Positions 30,060-42,188 are shown, counted from the first letter of the stretch. The stretch is 64,000 nucleotides of DNA from an uncultured Hyphomonas sp. (GCA_963675305.1 OY776147.1:1334426-1398425); one strand, 5' to 3'. Numbers and translations: made by a program. Notes: generated from the sequence alone by a model not told the origin.

Positions 30060-31272
30060 GACGGCCTGCTTTCAGGAATTTTATTGGATCATAAGGTTTG
30101 CCGTTAAACCAGACTTCGAAATGAAGGTGGTCCCCCGTGCTACGACCGGTTGTACCCATCTTGCCCACAAGATCGCCGACCTCCACGGTTTGGCCTTTTT
30201 TTACCGTAATTCCGCTGAGGTGGCCATAGCGCGACTTAAAGCCGTGCCCATGGTCGATTTCCACAAGCCGCCCGTAGCCCGAACGGGGACCTGCGTAAGA
30301 GATAACGCCAGGGCCGGCTGCGACGATCGGAGCGGCATGGTAAGCCGCCATGTCGATGCCATTGTGCCAGCCTGGGCGTTTCTTGAAAGGATCGACGCGA
30401 ACGCCGTAATTACTGGTCAGCCTGTATGGCACCCCGACAGGGACGCCGAGCGGCAGAGAGGACACGATGTCCTCATAGTAGAGCATTTCCGCGACCCGGG
30501 CCTGTGTTTGCGACAGGCGGGAATAGAAGGTGGTGTCGGTCAGGGAAAGGCTGCTAAGGTCAGGCCCGGACGTCGCATTGGCGAGCGAAATGAACGGGCC
30601 GCCCGTTTCGCTGCTAGCCACGATGCGGTCAGACCCGACCGATGTCAGGGCGAGAATGCCGCGTGCGCGTTCCGTGCGCTCCGTCGCGATATCTTCGGCT
30701 TCGTCGAGGATGCGTTCCTGATCCATCTTTAGCGACCGGACGGATCCACGTGAGCTGGCGGTTTCGAATTGCGCGGTAATCCGGACCGGTTCGCGCGACT
30801 GGCGGCTGTCAGCTTCTTCGATCGATGCCTGAACCAGCAGGGCTGCGCCGTCGCCCTTAAGGGACGAGGTTTCGAGATCATCCTCGCCCTTGAGCTGTTT
30901 GTAGAGGTCTTCGAGCGCCTTCTGGCGTTCTTCCCACTCAACGGTCTCTTTCTGGAAAGCGTCCGTGCGTTCTTCAAGCAGCGACCGGGACAGGGCGTCC
31001 TTGGCGCGAAGCTCCTGCACCCAGCGTTCGTATTTGGCGAGTTCGCGGCCATCCGGGTTTCCGGACAGGGCACTTCCGCCACCGCTCAGCACGAATGAAC
31101 CTGTCGCAAAAATGGTCCAGCCTGCCAGCGCGGCAATGCCGGCCGCAAATATTGCCTGCTGCCATGGAGACACAGAAATATAGCGGACCGTGCCGCCACT
31201 GCGATGGTAGATTTGACGCTCAGGGAAGGCTTTATTGAAGGCCGCCTTCAGATTCGCGCTCCACTTCGCCAT
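30043..31272 (-). CDS. M23 family metallopeptidase (LytM domain), membrane-anchored
   Basis: The C-terminal M23 domain has HNGIDMAA and HLHFEV motifs. There is a coiled-coil middle region and an N-terminal TM helix. Its 3' end overlaps the bactofilin start by 17 nt. The start is uncertain between ATG 31272 and the track TTG 31314. Confidence 0.88.
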   Translation of the reverse strand: MAKWSANLKAAFNKAFPERQIYHRSGGTVRYISVSPWQQAIFAAGIAALAGWTIFATGSFVLSGGGSALSGNPDGRELAKYERWVQELRAKDALSRSLLEERTDAFQKETVEWEERQKALEDLYKQLKGEDDLETSSLKGDGAALLVQASIEEADSRQSREPVRITAQFETASSRGSVRSLKMDQERILDEAEDIATERTERARGILALTSVGSDRIVASSETGGPFISLANATSGPDLSSLSLTDTTFYSRLSQTQARVAEMLYYEDIVSSLPLGVPVGVPYRLTSNYGVRVDPFKKRPGWHNGIDMAAYHAAPIVAAGPGVISYAGPRSGYGRLVEIDHGHGFKSRYGHLSGITVKKGQTVEVGDLVGKMGTTGRSTGDHLHFEVWFNGKPYDPIKFLKAGRHVHQE

Positions 31273-31469
31273 TAACGCCACCCGTAGAACCGGAAAATCA
31301 CTCCCCTGCTGCAATAATCACTACAGCAAGTTTCCCAAACCCTTGGGGATAATACATACCGATTTCGATACGCTAAGAAACCCCTTGGGCACAGAATTCG
31401 TGTAAATTTTCGCTCATGAGGGTAAAAGGCTTGTTAAACATGGAAAAAATGCATGCAGAAGGTCAGAAC

Positions 31470-31940
31470 TCAGGCGTCTGATTTGATGACATTGAGTACA
31501 TCTTCGGCATGTCCCTTCACACGCACTTTTCTCCAGATTCGTATTACCTTTTTGTCAGGTCCGATGAGGAAGGTTGAGCGCTCAATTCCCATATAGGTCT
31601 TGCCGTAGTTTTTCTTCTCCACCCACACGCCATAGGCCTCGCAGACCTTGCCATCTTCATCCGATGCGAGCGTGACGCCGAGGTCATGTTTGGCAGCGAA
31701 TTTCTCGTGCTTTGCCATTGTGTCGCGCGACACGCCCACAATTTTGGCGCCGGCCTTTTCGAACTCGTCAGCCAGAGCCGTGAAGTCCTTCGCTTCGGTC
31801 GTGCAGCCCGGCGTGTCGTCCCTCGGGTAGAAGTAGAGAACGAGGAGCTGATCCTTGTAATCGGCGAGTTTTATCGGCCCTTGCGTTGAATCCATGCTGA
31901 AATTTGGGGCACGTCCGCCTTCTTTGGGTCCGATTGCCAT
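31470..31940 (-). CDS. bcp: thioredoxin-dependent peroxiredoxin Bcp
   Basis: The 156-aa product has the motif YFYPRDDTPGCTTEA. Confidence 0.92.
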   Translation of the reverse strand: MAIGPKEGGRAPNFSMDSTQGPIKLADYKDQLLVLYFYPRDDTPGCTTEAKDFTALADEFEKAGAKIVGVSRDTMAKHEKFAAKHDLGVTLASDEDGKVCEAYGVWVEKKNYGKTYMGIERSTFLIGPDKKVIRIWRKVRVKGHAEDVLNVIKSDA

Positions 31941-32000
31941 GTAATCCTCCTATGGTGCGCTCCGGCTGTCCTGCTTATATCAGACACAGCGCTGAACGGC

Positions 32001-35000
32001 GTGTATGACTGGACCCGACTTGTACGGAGCGCGCCCTTGGTCCGCCAGACCGCCTCACTGATTTTTCTCGAAATACTTGGCGGGATGATCCTGCTCGTCC
32101 TTGTTGCGGCAGGTCTGCTCGCGGCCCGGCTCTATTCAGGTCCCATGGACCTGTCCATGTTCCAGGACGATCTCGAGCGGGCCATGACAGAGGCGCGCGA
32201 TGGCCGGGAGGTCCGCTTGGGCGGCGTCCAGCTCGAATGGTCGGCCGAAGACAAGCGGCTCCATATTTCCGGTTCCCGCCTTCAGATGATGGATGCAAAA
32301 GGCAACCTCAGTGCCGAGGCCAGCCACGCGAATATCGTCCTGTCCGGATCATCGCTGGTTCTGGGGGATATCGAGGTCCTGCGCCTCGATCTGGTCGATG
32401 GCTGGGTCAATATTGATCAGGAAACGCCGTCGATCTGGTTTGTCGGTGGGGAACCCTTGCCGGAGATCCCGGAGGGCAAATTGCCGGAAACGCCGCAGGA
32501 ATGGCTTCAGCGTGCCAATGAAGTGCTGCCGCCCGTGCTGGAGGCGCTCAAGCAAGGCGAGCAGAATTACGCGCTGGAATATCTCGGCTTTACCGGTTTC
32601 GAATTTCGCCTGCGAGACAGCAACCAGCAGCCGGTTCTCGATATTACCGATGCCAAGGGCAGCATCTCCCGCGAAGCGGACGGCATTCTGGTCAGTGTCG
32701 CCGGCAGCGGTGCGGGTGAAGGATTGCCAGGCGGGCTGGCGGCGACCGTCCGGTCATACACGGTGGAAGACAGACTGCATGCAGAGATCGCCGTGGCCGA
32801 TTGGCCGCTGGCAGACCTTGCATCGCGGTTCGGTGCGGAAGTCGATGCGTTTGAAGGGCTTCCTGCCAGCGCGGATGCGACGCTCGATTTTGCAACATCG
32901 ACCGGGATTGGCGAGGTCGCCTTCCACTCTGAAATGGGAGAAGGCCGCGTTCCGTTCGCTGGAGGCGTTGACGTAAAAGGCCTCGACGTCACGGCGACTT
33001 ATCTCGCGAATGACGACACGATGCGGATCGATGTCACGGGCGACAAGGTCGGGCCGGCCAGCGGTGAGGCGATCCTGACGCTGAAAAACATTCTGGAAGG
33101 GCAGGCGGCCCATGAATTCGAGCTGAAAAGCGACAGCCTGACACTCGACTTCACCCCCGTCTTCGAAAGGCCCGTCACGCTGACCGGTGTCGAGGGCGCA
33201 GGACTGCTAAGCGTCAATGCGCAGCAGATCGACGATCTGGACCTCAAGTTCATGGAGGCGGACGCTGGCTTCCATTTGACCGGCAGTATAGGCCTGACGC
33301 CGGACAAGCAGGACGGCGAACCGCTCATCCTCGGAAGCATTTCCCTTGAGACGAGCGGGGACGTGACCAAGGATACGGTGATGGCCTTCTGGCCCGTCGG
33401 TCTCGGCACAGGCGGGCGGAATTTTGCGCGCGATAATATCGAGGCCGGCGCGATCCGGGATGTCAAAGGGCATATCGATCTGAAGCGCGACAGCTTTGGT
33501 GAAGATGGATACCTGCGCGACAGCGATCTGGAGCTCACCTTCGTGGCAGAGGATGCCTGGGTGAAGTTCCTGTCTGATCTGCCGCCGGTTGAGAGAGGAC
33601 TCGGAAAAGGCCGTCTGACCGGCAACTCTTTCCGTGTGACGCTCGACTCCGGCGAGTATGGCGGCTGGGATCTGGATGAAGGCGCATTTGTCATGCCGGC
33701 CTTCAATGATCATGGCGGCGACTTCCGTGTTTTCGCGCGCGGCCACGGCCCCATTTCCTTGGTCATGAAGATGCTGGTCGACTCGCGCCTGAAGATCGAT
33801 TTCGATCCGGAGCGCCTGTCCGGCAATGGCGAGATGACCTTCGAGATGTTCCGTCCGGCGCTGGATGACGTTCCGTATGAGGATATCAGGTTCACGGCGA
33901 TCGGTTCGGTGAAAGACGCAGGGCTCAAGGACGCAGCCCTCGGATTTGACCTCACCGACGGCTCTGCCAAAGTGAATGTCGATCAGGATGGCATGACCAT
34001 TTCGGGGTTCGGCGACCTCGGGCCCTCACCGGTGCAGTTCACCTGGCGCGATGCGTTTAGTGATGGCGACCAGCCTTCGTTGCTGTCGGCGTCCAGCATT
34101 GTCACACCTGACTTCCTGAATGAGTTCGGTGTTCTCGGCCGGGCTTACCTATCAGGTGAAATCCCGATCGAGGTGCAGGCGGAAATTGGCGAAGGCTCCA
34201 GCATCGTTGCAGATACGGCGCTCGATCTGACAGAGTCCCGGCTGGATCTTTCAGAGATCGGATGGGTGAAGGCGCGCGACAAGGAAGCCAAGGCGTCGGT
34301 GCATTATCAGGGACTGAAGGACGGCTATACGGCGACAGTCGTGTTCCACGCCGACGATGCATATCTTGATGGCGACTTCACATTGGGCGGAGACTCCAAG
34401 CTTGTCTCTGCCACGCTCCGCCGCGCCTATCTGAAGAACAAGGCTGATGTCGGCGGCACGGTTACCCGCAAGGATGGTGCGCTGAACCTCGGCCTGAGCG
34501 GGACCTACCTCGACCTTTCCGGAGCGATGCCGGGTGTCGGAGTGATCGGAGAGGCCGACGACGCCGGGACGAGCACCCCGCTGCGCGTCACCGCGAATGT
34601 CGACACGCTCACGCTTCGGCCTGGTCTCGATATGACTGAGGCAAAATTCTCCATGGCATCCGGCGCGGCCGGAATCGACACGTTCATGGCGACAGGGCTT
34701 GCCGCGGATGGCTCACCCTTCGAGGCGCGTTTTGACACAAATGGCGGCCAGGCGGCGACAATCCACGTATCCAGCGGGGATGCCGGCTTCATTGCGAGTG
34801 CGTTTCTCGGGATCGACTATCTCGAAGGCGGCCAGCTCGAAATGGACGGCAAGCTGGCGAACGGTGACCAGCCGTCGAAATTCGACATCTCCATCACGAA
34901 CACCCGCATGATCAACGCACCATTCCTGACGCAGATCCTGTCGCTCGCATCTCTTCGCGGGCTGGCGGATACGCTGGGCGGGGAAGGGGTGTTGTTTTCC

Positions 35001-35420
35001 CGGCTCGATATTCCTCTGACCATCGCGGGAGAGCGCTACGTGGTGACCGGCGCCAAGGCGCAGGGGCCAGCCCTTGGTCTGACCACAAATGGCTATTACG
35101 ATTCCAAGACCAGCAAGATTGAGTTCGATGGCGTGCTGGTGCCAAGCTTCGGTATGAACTCCGCTCTCGGAACAATTCCGATCCTTGGCGACCTGGTCGT
35201 CGGCCGGGATGGTGAAGGCGTCTTCTCCCTCACCTATGCGATTCGGGGGACGATGGAGAAAGCTAACGTCTCAGTGAATCCGCTTTCAGCCCTGGCGCCG
35301 GGCGTGATCCGCCGGATCTTCGAAAACCCGTCGGACACACGTATCCCGGAAGCCAAGCCGCGCCCGCCGGATGAGCCGATCCCGTCAGAACTTCCGCCCA
35401 TTCCGGACGAAGAGTTCTAG
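32001..35420 (+). CDS. large AsmA/YhdP-like envelope protein
   Basis: The 1139-aa product has a single N-terminal TM anchor (LIFLEILGGMILLVLVAAGLLAARL). It continues as a long beta-rich body with an AsmA-like C-terminal region (GVLVPSFGMNSALGTIPILGDLVVGRDGEGVFSLTYAIRG). The family call rests on architecture and the C-terminal motif. Confidence 0.75.
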   Translation: MYDWTRLVRSAPLVRQTASLIFLEILGGMILLVLVAAGLLAARLYSGPMDLSMFQDDLERAMTEARDGREVRLGGVQLEWSAEDKRLHISGSRLQMMDAKGNLSAEASHANIVLSGSSLVLGDIEVLRLDLVDGWVNIDQETPSIWFVGGEPLPEIPEGKLPETPQEWLQRANEVLPPVLEALKQGEQNYALEYLGFTGFEFRLRDSNQQPVLDITDAKGSISREADGILVSVAGSGAGEGLPGGLAATVRSYTVEDRLHAEIAVADWPLADLASRFGAEVDAFEGLPASADATLDFATSTGIGEVAFHSEMGEGRVPFAGGVDVKGLDVTATYLANDDTMRIDVTGDKVGPASGEAILTLKNILEGQAAHEFELKSDSLTLDFTPVFERPVTLTGVEGAGLLSVNAQQIDDLDLKFMEADAGFHLTGSIGLTPDKQDGEPLILGSISLETSGDVTKDTVMAFWPVGLGTGGRNFARDNIEAGAIRDVKGHIDLKRDSFGEDGYLRDSDLELTFVAEDAWVKFLSDLPPVERGLGKGRLTGNSFRVTLDSGEYGGWDLDEGAFVMPAFNDHGGDFRVFARGHGPISLVMKMLVDSRLKIDFDPERLSGNGEMTFEMFRPALDDVPYEDIRFTAIGSVKDAGLKDAALGFDLTDGSAKVNVDQDGMTISGFGDLGPSPVQFTWRDAFSDGDQPSLLSASSIVTPDFLNEFGVLGRAYLSGEIPIEVQAEIGEGSSIVADTALDLTESRLDLSEIGWVKARDKEAKASVHYQGLKDGYTATVVFHADDAYLDGDFTLGGDSKLVSATLRRAYLKNKADVGGTVTRKDGALNLGLSGTYLDLSGAMPGVGVIGEADDAGTSTPLRVTANVDTLTLRPGLDMTEAKFSMASGAAGIDTFMATGLAADGSPFEARFDTNGGQAATIHVSSGDAGFIASAFLGIDYLEGGQLEMDGKLANGDQPSKFDISITNTRMINAPFLTQILSLASLRGLADTLGGEGVLFSRLDIPLTIAGERYVVTGAKAQGPALGLTTNGYYDSKTSKIEFDGVLVPSFGMNSALGTIPILGDLVVGRDGEGVFSLTYAIRGTMEKANVSVNPLSALAPGVIRRIFENPSDTRIPEAKPRPPDEPIPSELPPIPDEEF

Positions 35421-35422
35421 GT

Positions 35423-36673
35423 TCAGACGGGCTTCACCAGTGCGTGGCGTTTCTTGCCCGCCGACAGTTTGATGCTGCCGTCGACCACATCCGTTTCCGT
35501 CAGTGTCGCGTTCTGGTCCTTGACCTGCTGGTCATTGACCTTCGCGGCGCCCTGCTTGATCAGGCGGCGCGCTTCGCCATTACTTTCGGTCAGGCCTGCA
35601 GCCGTAAAGGCAGCAGCGACCAGATAATCGCTGAAGAGCTCCGCAGACGGAATTTCGACGGTCGGCAGGGCCGCGGCTGTCCCGCCGCCTGCGAACACGG
35701 CAGACGCTGCTGCCTCGGATTCCTTCGCCGCTGCTTCTCCGTGCAGCATCGTCGTCGCCGCGTTGGCGAGCGCGATCTTGGCCTTGTTGATCTCGGCGCC
35801 GTCGAGTTTCTCAAGCGCTTCGATCTCGTCCAGCGGCAATTCGGTGAAGAGGCGCAGGAAGCGGCCAACATCGGCATCTTCTGTGTTGCGCCAGAACTGC
35901 CAGTATTCGTAGGGGCTCTTGCGGTCCGCGTTCAGCCAGACCGCGCCATCGGCCGTCTTGCCCATTTTGCCGCCGGAAGCGGTGGTGATGAGGTGCGCGG
36001 TGATGCCGAACACGTCGCCGCCAGCGGCCTTGTGCACCAGGTCCACCCCGCCGACGATATTGCCCCACTGGTCAGATCCGCCGAGCTGGATACGGCAATT
36101 CTGCCGCTGGAACAGTTCGAGGAAGTCGTAGGACTGCATCAGCAGGTAGTTGAATTCGAGGAAAGTGTAGGGCTGCTCATTGGCCAGGCGCCGGGCGACC
36201 GTATCCTGCTTCACCATCGTATTGATCGTGAAATGCACGCCCACTTCGCGCAGCAATTCGATGTAGCCGAGCTTGCTCAGCCAGTCGTCATTATTGACCA
36301 TGATGGCGTCGGTCGGGCCGTCGCCGAAGGTCAGGAACGGTTCAAACGCCTTCTTGATGCCGGCGATGTTCGCCTCGATCTGCTCATTGGTCAGCAGGGG
36401 GCGGGACTTTTCCTTGTCGGTCGGGTCGCCCACTTTCGTGGTGCCGCCGCCCATCAGCACGATCGGCTTGCCGCCAGCTTTCTGGAGGTGCCGAAGCATC
36501 ATGATCTGAAGGAGCGATCCGACGTGCAGGCTGTCCGCCGTCGCGTCGAAGCCGATATACGCAATCGGGACACCCGCCTGGCAATAGGCGTCAAGCTCGG
36601 CCTCATGGGTGACCTGCTTGATGAAGCCGCGCGTCTGCAGCGTCTTCAGGAATTCCGACTTGTATTCGCTCAT
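35423..36673 (-). CDS. tyrS: tyrosine--tRNA ligase
   Basis: It has the class I motifs HVGSL (HIGH) and KMGKT (KMSKS) and a C-terminal S4-like domain. The start is ATG 36673 (MSEYKSEFLKTL). Confidence 0.96.
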   Translation of the reverse strand: MSEYKSEFLKTLQTRGFIKQVTHEAELDAYCQAGVPIAYIGFDATADSLHVGSLLQIMMLRHLQKAGGKPIVLMGGGTTKVGDPTDKEKSRPLLTNEQIEANIAGIKKAFEPFLTFGDGPTDAIMVNNDDWLSKLGYIELLREVGVHFTINTMVKQDTVARRLANEQPYTFLEFNYLLMQSYDFLELFQRQNCRIQLGGSDQWGNIVGGVDLVHKAAGGDVFGITAHLITTASGGKMGKTADGAVWLNADRKSPYEYWQFWRNTEDADVGRFLRLFTELPLDEIEALEKLDGAEINKAKIALANAATTMLHGEAAAKESEAAASAVFAGGGTAAALPTVEIPSAELFSDYLVAAAFTAAGLTESNGEARRLIKQGAAKVNDQQVKDQNATLTETDVVDGSIKLSAGKKRHALVKPV

Positions 36674-36723
36674 CTTCTCGTGTCTCCGTGAAGGCAGGGC
36701 GCGTAGCACGGAAAGGGAGCCGC

Positions 36724-37851
36724 TTGAACACTGCGATTTCAGATTCTGGGCCGATTTGGGTGGCTGGCTTCATGTCTGGCACCTCCCTGGACGCTGTGGA
36801 TGCCGCCCTGATCCTGACCGACGGCGAGCAGGTGTTCGAATTCGGCGCCACGGCAGAGCGCAAATATTCGCCGGAAGAGCGCCAGATCCTTCAAGCCGCA
36901 ACGGACGCTGCGCGAGCGTGGAACTGGTCGGGGCCGCAGCCGGTAGAGGCGTTTGAGGTGGCAAGGGCGATCGTCACGCAGACGCATGCGGAAACGCTTC
37001 AGCAATTGCTTTCAGGCTGGTCCGGTCCCGGGCCGGTCCTGGCGGGTGTGCATGGCCAGACCGTGCTGCACCGGCGCCCTGTGCCGGGAAAGCCTGGCGC
37101 AACGCTCCAGCTGATTGACGCCCCGGCCATGCGGGAGGCGCTGGGCGTTCCGCTGGCCAGTGATTTCCGGTCGGCAGATGTTGCTGCGGGTGGGCAGGGC
37201 GCGCCGCTTGCGCCCGCTTATCATTCGGCGCTGATGCAGCGGCTCGGAGACGGCGCAGCCTGTGTGCTGAACCTCGGCGGCGTTGCCAACATCACCGCAA
37301 AACTGGCGGATGGGACGCTGGTGGCCTTCGACACAGGACCAGCCAATGGCCCCATCGATGAATGGGTGGAGAGCCACGGCCACGGTACGCACGATTTCGG
37401 CGGGACCCTCGCAAAAGCGGGCGCGGCGGATGAGGCGCTGCTGGCGCAGTTGCTGCAGCATGACTGGTTCAGTGAGGCGCCGCCCAAATCACTGGATCGC
37501 TATGATTTCTCGGCCGCCATGGTCACGGGCATGTCTGTGGAAGATGGCGCCGCAACGCTCACGGAGTTCTCGGCCCGGGCTGTAGCGGCGGGTGTAGCGC
37601 AGCTGCCGGACGTGCCATCACGCGTCATTGCCTGCGGCGGCGGACGGCACAATCCTGCACTGATGGCCGCGCTGGCGCGGGCCCTGCATTGTCCGGTGTT
37701 GAGCGCGGAAGATGCAGGCTGGCGCGGAGACAGCATCGAAGCCGAAGCTTTTGCCTATCTCGCCGCGCGCACGGTCCGTGGCCTGCCCATCAGCTGGCCC
37801 GGCACGACAGGCGTGCCGGAACCAATGACGGGTGGAATACTGCTGGACTAG
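36724..37851 (+). CDS. anmK: anhydro-N-acetylmuramic acid kinase
   Basis: It has the AnmK N-terminal motif GFMSGTSLDAVDAAL and a sugar-kinase fold. I prefer the TTG 36724 start (GGGAG 4 nt upstream). The track GTG 36688 would leave only 15 nt to the divergent tyrS. Confidence 0.88.
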   Translation: MNTAISDSGPIWVAGFMSGTSLDAVDAALILTDGEQVFEFGATAERKYSPEERQILQAATDAARAWNWSGPQPVEAFEVARAIVTQTHAETLQQLLSGWSGPGPVLAGVHGQTVLHRRPVPGKPGATLQLIDAPAMREALGVPLASDFRSADVAAGGQGAPLAPAYHSALMQRLGDGAACVLNLGGVANITAKLADGTLVAFDTGPANGPIDEWVESHGHGTHDFGGTLAKAGAADEALLAQLLQHDWFSEAPPKSLDRYDFSAAMVTGMSVEDGAATLTEFSARAVAAGVAQLPDVPSRVIACGGGRHNPALMAALARALHCPVLSAEDAGWRGDSIEAEAFAYLAARTVRGLPISWPGTTGVPEPMTGGILLD

Positions 37852-38525
37852 TCGCCTTCAGCTTCGAGGCGCAGTTTTTCCTCGGCGGCAGCAAGGCGCC
37901 GGAGGAGGTATTCTTCGCAGGTGCCGATCAGCTCATCGCGGCGGTCCTGATAGAAGTGGTTTGCCCCTTTGACCGTGGTGCGCTCGATTTCCTCGCCCTT
38001 CTGGACGCGAACCTTGGTGAGCGCGCGCTCCACGTCTTCCGGAGAAGAAACCGCATCGCTGTCGCCGGACACGATGAGGCCTGAGGCCGGGCATGGTGCC
38101 AGGAAGGACAGGTCATAGTGGTTGGCCGGCGGAGAAATGGCGAGGAAGCCATCGATTTCCGGGCGGCGCATCAGCAGCTGAAGCGTGATCCAGGCACCGA
38201 AAGAGTAGCCTGCGCACCAGACATAGCGCGGGCTCTCTGCCATGTTTTCAATGTAATCAAGAACATAGGCCGCGTCTTCCAGCTCGCCGATGCCCTGGTC
38301 GTACTGGCCCTGGCTGCGGCCGACGCCGCGCGAATTGTAGCGCAGGACGCCGAAGCCATGCTTCTCGAACATCTGGTACAGCATGATCGAGATCGGGTCC
38401 TGCATCGTGCCACCGGCTTTCGGGTGGGGATGAAGGATCAGCGCAATCGGGGCGCCGTCATATGGCGGCTCTGTGTAACGCGCTTCGATACGGCCCTGAG
38501 GGCCCGGAATGATGAGTTCTGCCAT
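37848..38525 (-). CDS. alpha/beta hydrolase
   Basis: The 225-aa product from ATG 38525 (MAELIIPGPQGRIEARY) has the nucleophile elbow GYSFGA. The track start 38867 adds 114 Arg/Gly-rich residues. Confidence 0.8.
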   Translation of the reverse strand: MAELIIPGPQGRIEARYTEPPYDGAPIALILHPHPKAGGTMQDPISIMLYQMFEKHGFGVLRYNSRGVGRSQGQYDQGIGELEDAAYVLDYIENMAESPRYVWCAGYSFGAWITLQLLMRRPEIDGFLAISPPANHYDLSFLAPCPASGLIVSGDSDAVSSPEDVERALTKVRVQKGEEIERTTVKGANHFYQDRRDELIGTCEEYLLRRLAAAEEKLRLEAEGD

Positions 38526-38624
38526 GGCATCCTCGGAATTTCGGGTTAAGCGGCGGGTGATAAGCCAAACGGCGACTGAAATGCAAATTTTTCTGCAGGT
38601 GCACCTGAAGGCCCGAAAGGTTAT

Positions 38625-39778
38625 ATGGGGCGCATGATCTATGCAGACCACAATGCGACCAGCCCGCTGCGCCCCGAAGCGCGCGAGGCCATGCTGGCCG
38701 TCTATGACATGGGCGCGGTGAATCCGTCTTCCGTGCACACTGCCGGGCGCGCCGCACGAGGCGTGGTTGAGCGGGCGCGGACCACGCTCGGCGGCGCGAT
38801 CGGAAGCCGGGCTGAAGACATCGTTTTCACCTCCGGGGGCACCGAATCCGACAGCCTCGCCGTGCATGGCGCGGTGGCGGGCCTGGAAGGCAAGTGCACG
38901 CTAATCGTTTCTGCGCTGGAGCACGAAGCCATTGGCAAGGCTGCGGCGCATTCCGGCGTCCTCATGGAAACGGCTTATCTCACCTCCGCCGGGACCGTTG
39001 ACCTCGAAGACCTCGCAAGCCGTCTGAAGTCATGGGACCATGCTTCGAAAGGCACGCCTGTGCTATGCCTGATGCTCGCGAACAATGAGACAGGCATCCT
39101 CCAGCCGGTGGCAGAAGCGGCCGCGCTGATACGCGAAGCCGGCGGACTGACTATCTGCGACGCCGTGCAGGGGCTCGGCAAAGTGTCGGTGAATGTCGGC
39201 CTGCTCGGCGTCGATTACCTCGCGGTGAGCGCTCACAAGATTGGCGGACCGCAGGGCGCAGGGGCGCTCTGGCACCGGGCAGGCGCCCCGCTGAAGGCCG
39301 TTCAGTATGGCGGCGGGCAGGAGCGGGGGCTTCGCTCGGGCACGGAAAACGTCGCCGCGATTGCCGGGTTCGGCGCAGCGGTCGAAGCCGCGATGCGCGA
39401 TCTGCCGAAATACCAGGCCCTTGGCGCGTTGCGTGATGCCATGGAGGCGCGGTTGGAAGCAGAAGGCGGCGTGATCGTTACAGGCAAAGGCTCACCGCGC
39501 CTTGCAGGTGTCTCGAACTTCGCAAAACCGGGTTTCCCGGCGGAAACTCAGGTCATGGCCATGGATCTGGCCGGTGTCTGCGTGTCTGCGGGCTCGGCCT
39601 GTTCCTCCGGCAAGGTCAGGCGCAGCCTTGTCCTGATGGCAATGGGCGCGGACGACACCCTTGCAGAATCGGCGATACGCACCAGCTTTGGATGGAGTAC
39701 ACTGCCGTCGGACTTTGACGGCGTCGCCGATGCGTGGCTGAAGGCGGCCGGGCGCATCATCGCGAAGGAAAAAGCGTA

Positions 39779-39779
<1 letters not shown>
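38625..39779 (+). CDS. cysteine desulfurase, NifS/IscS-like (class V aminotransferase)
   Basis: It has the PLP-lysine region ([12 protein letters not shown]) and a catalytic Cys loop (SAGSACSSG). It is the first gene of the suf cluster. Confidence 0.88.
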
Positions 39780-41341
<1,562 letters not shown>

Positions 41342-41426
41342 AACTGGCCCCGAAATAGCGTTTCTGAACACCCCATTCCTGACCTAAGGGCTTTCCCTGA
41401 GGCCCGGTCGGCCCTACATCGGCCCC

Positions 41427-42188
41427 ATGTTGAAGATTGAGAACCTGACCGCCACCGTGGGCGAGGCCGAAGACGCCAAGCAGATCATCAATGGGCTGAC
41501 CCTTGAGGTGCCCGCCGGTGAGGTGCACGCCATCATGGGTCCGAACGGCGCCGGCAAGTCGACCCTGTCCTATGTGCTCACCGGCCGCAGCGGCTATGAG
41601 GTGACCGGCGGCAGCGCCACGTTGAACGGCGAAGACATCCTGGAGATGGACCCGGAGGAGCGCGCCGCGAAAGGCATTTTCCTGTCCTTCCAGTATCCGG
41701 TCGAGATTCCCGGCGTGCCGGTGATGACCTTTGTGCGCACGGCCATGAACTCCCAGCGCAAACTGCGCGGCGAGGACGAGATTTCCGCGCCGGATTTCAT
41801 CAAGAAGTCCCGCGAGATCGCCAAGCAGCTGAAGCTCGATGCCGAAATGCTGAAACGCCCGGTGAATGTTGGCTTCTCCGGCGGTGAGAAGAAACGGCTC
41901 GAAATCTATCAGATGATGATGCTGGAGCCGTCCTTCCTGATCCTCGACGAGACCGATTCCGGTCTCGACATCGACGCGCTGAAGACGGTCGCCGAAGGTG
42001 TGAACGCCATGCGCAGCCCGGAGCGCGGCATGCTTGTCATCACGCACTATCAGCGCCTGCTGGACTATATCAAACCGGACAAGGTGCATGTGCTGGCGGC
42101 TGGCCGTATCGTAAAGACTGGTGGCCCGGACCTGGCCCACCGCCTCGAAGCCGAAGGCTATGACGGCGTTCTGGGGGAGGCGGTCTAA
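41427..42188 (+). CDS. sufC: Fe-S cluster assembly ATPase SufC
   Basis: It has Walker A (GPNGAGKST), the ABC signature (FSGGEKKR) and Walker B (LILDETDSGLD). Confidence 0.96.
   Translation: MLKIENLTATVGEAEDAKQIINGLTLEVPAGEVHAIMGPNGAGKSTLSYVLTGRSGYEVTGGSATLNGEDILEMDPEERAAKGIFLSFQYPVEIPGVPVMTFVRTAMNSQRKLRGEDEISAPDFIKKSREIAKQLKLDAEMLKRPVNVGFSGGEKKRLEIYQMMMLEPSFLILDETDSGLDIDALKTVAEGVNAMRSPERGMLVITHYQRLLDYIKPDKVHVLAAGRIVKTGGPDLAHRLEAEGYDGVLGEAV

Noticed and set aside
38582-38597. TGCAaatttttcTGCA upstream of the suf cluster as a possible iron or Fe-S regulator box.
   Set aside because: Only the 4-bp arms are complementary. It does not resemble the Irr (ICE), RirA (TGA-N9-TCA) or IscR motifs as I remember them, so it is too weak to call.
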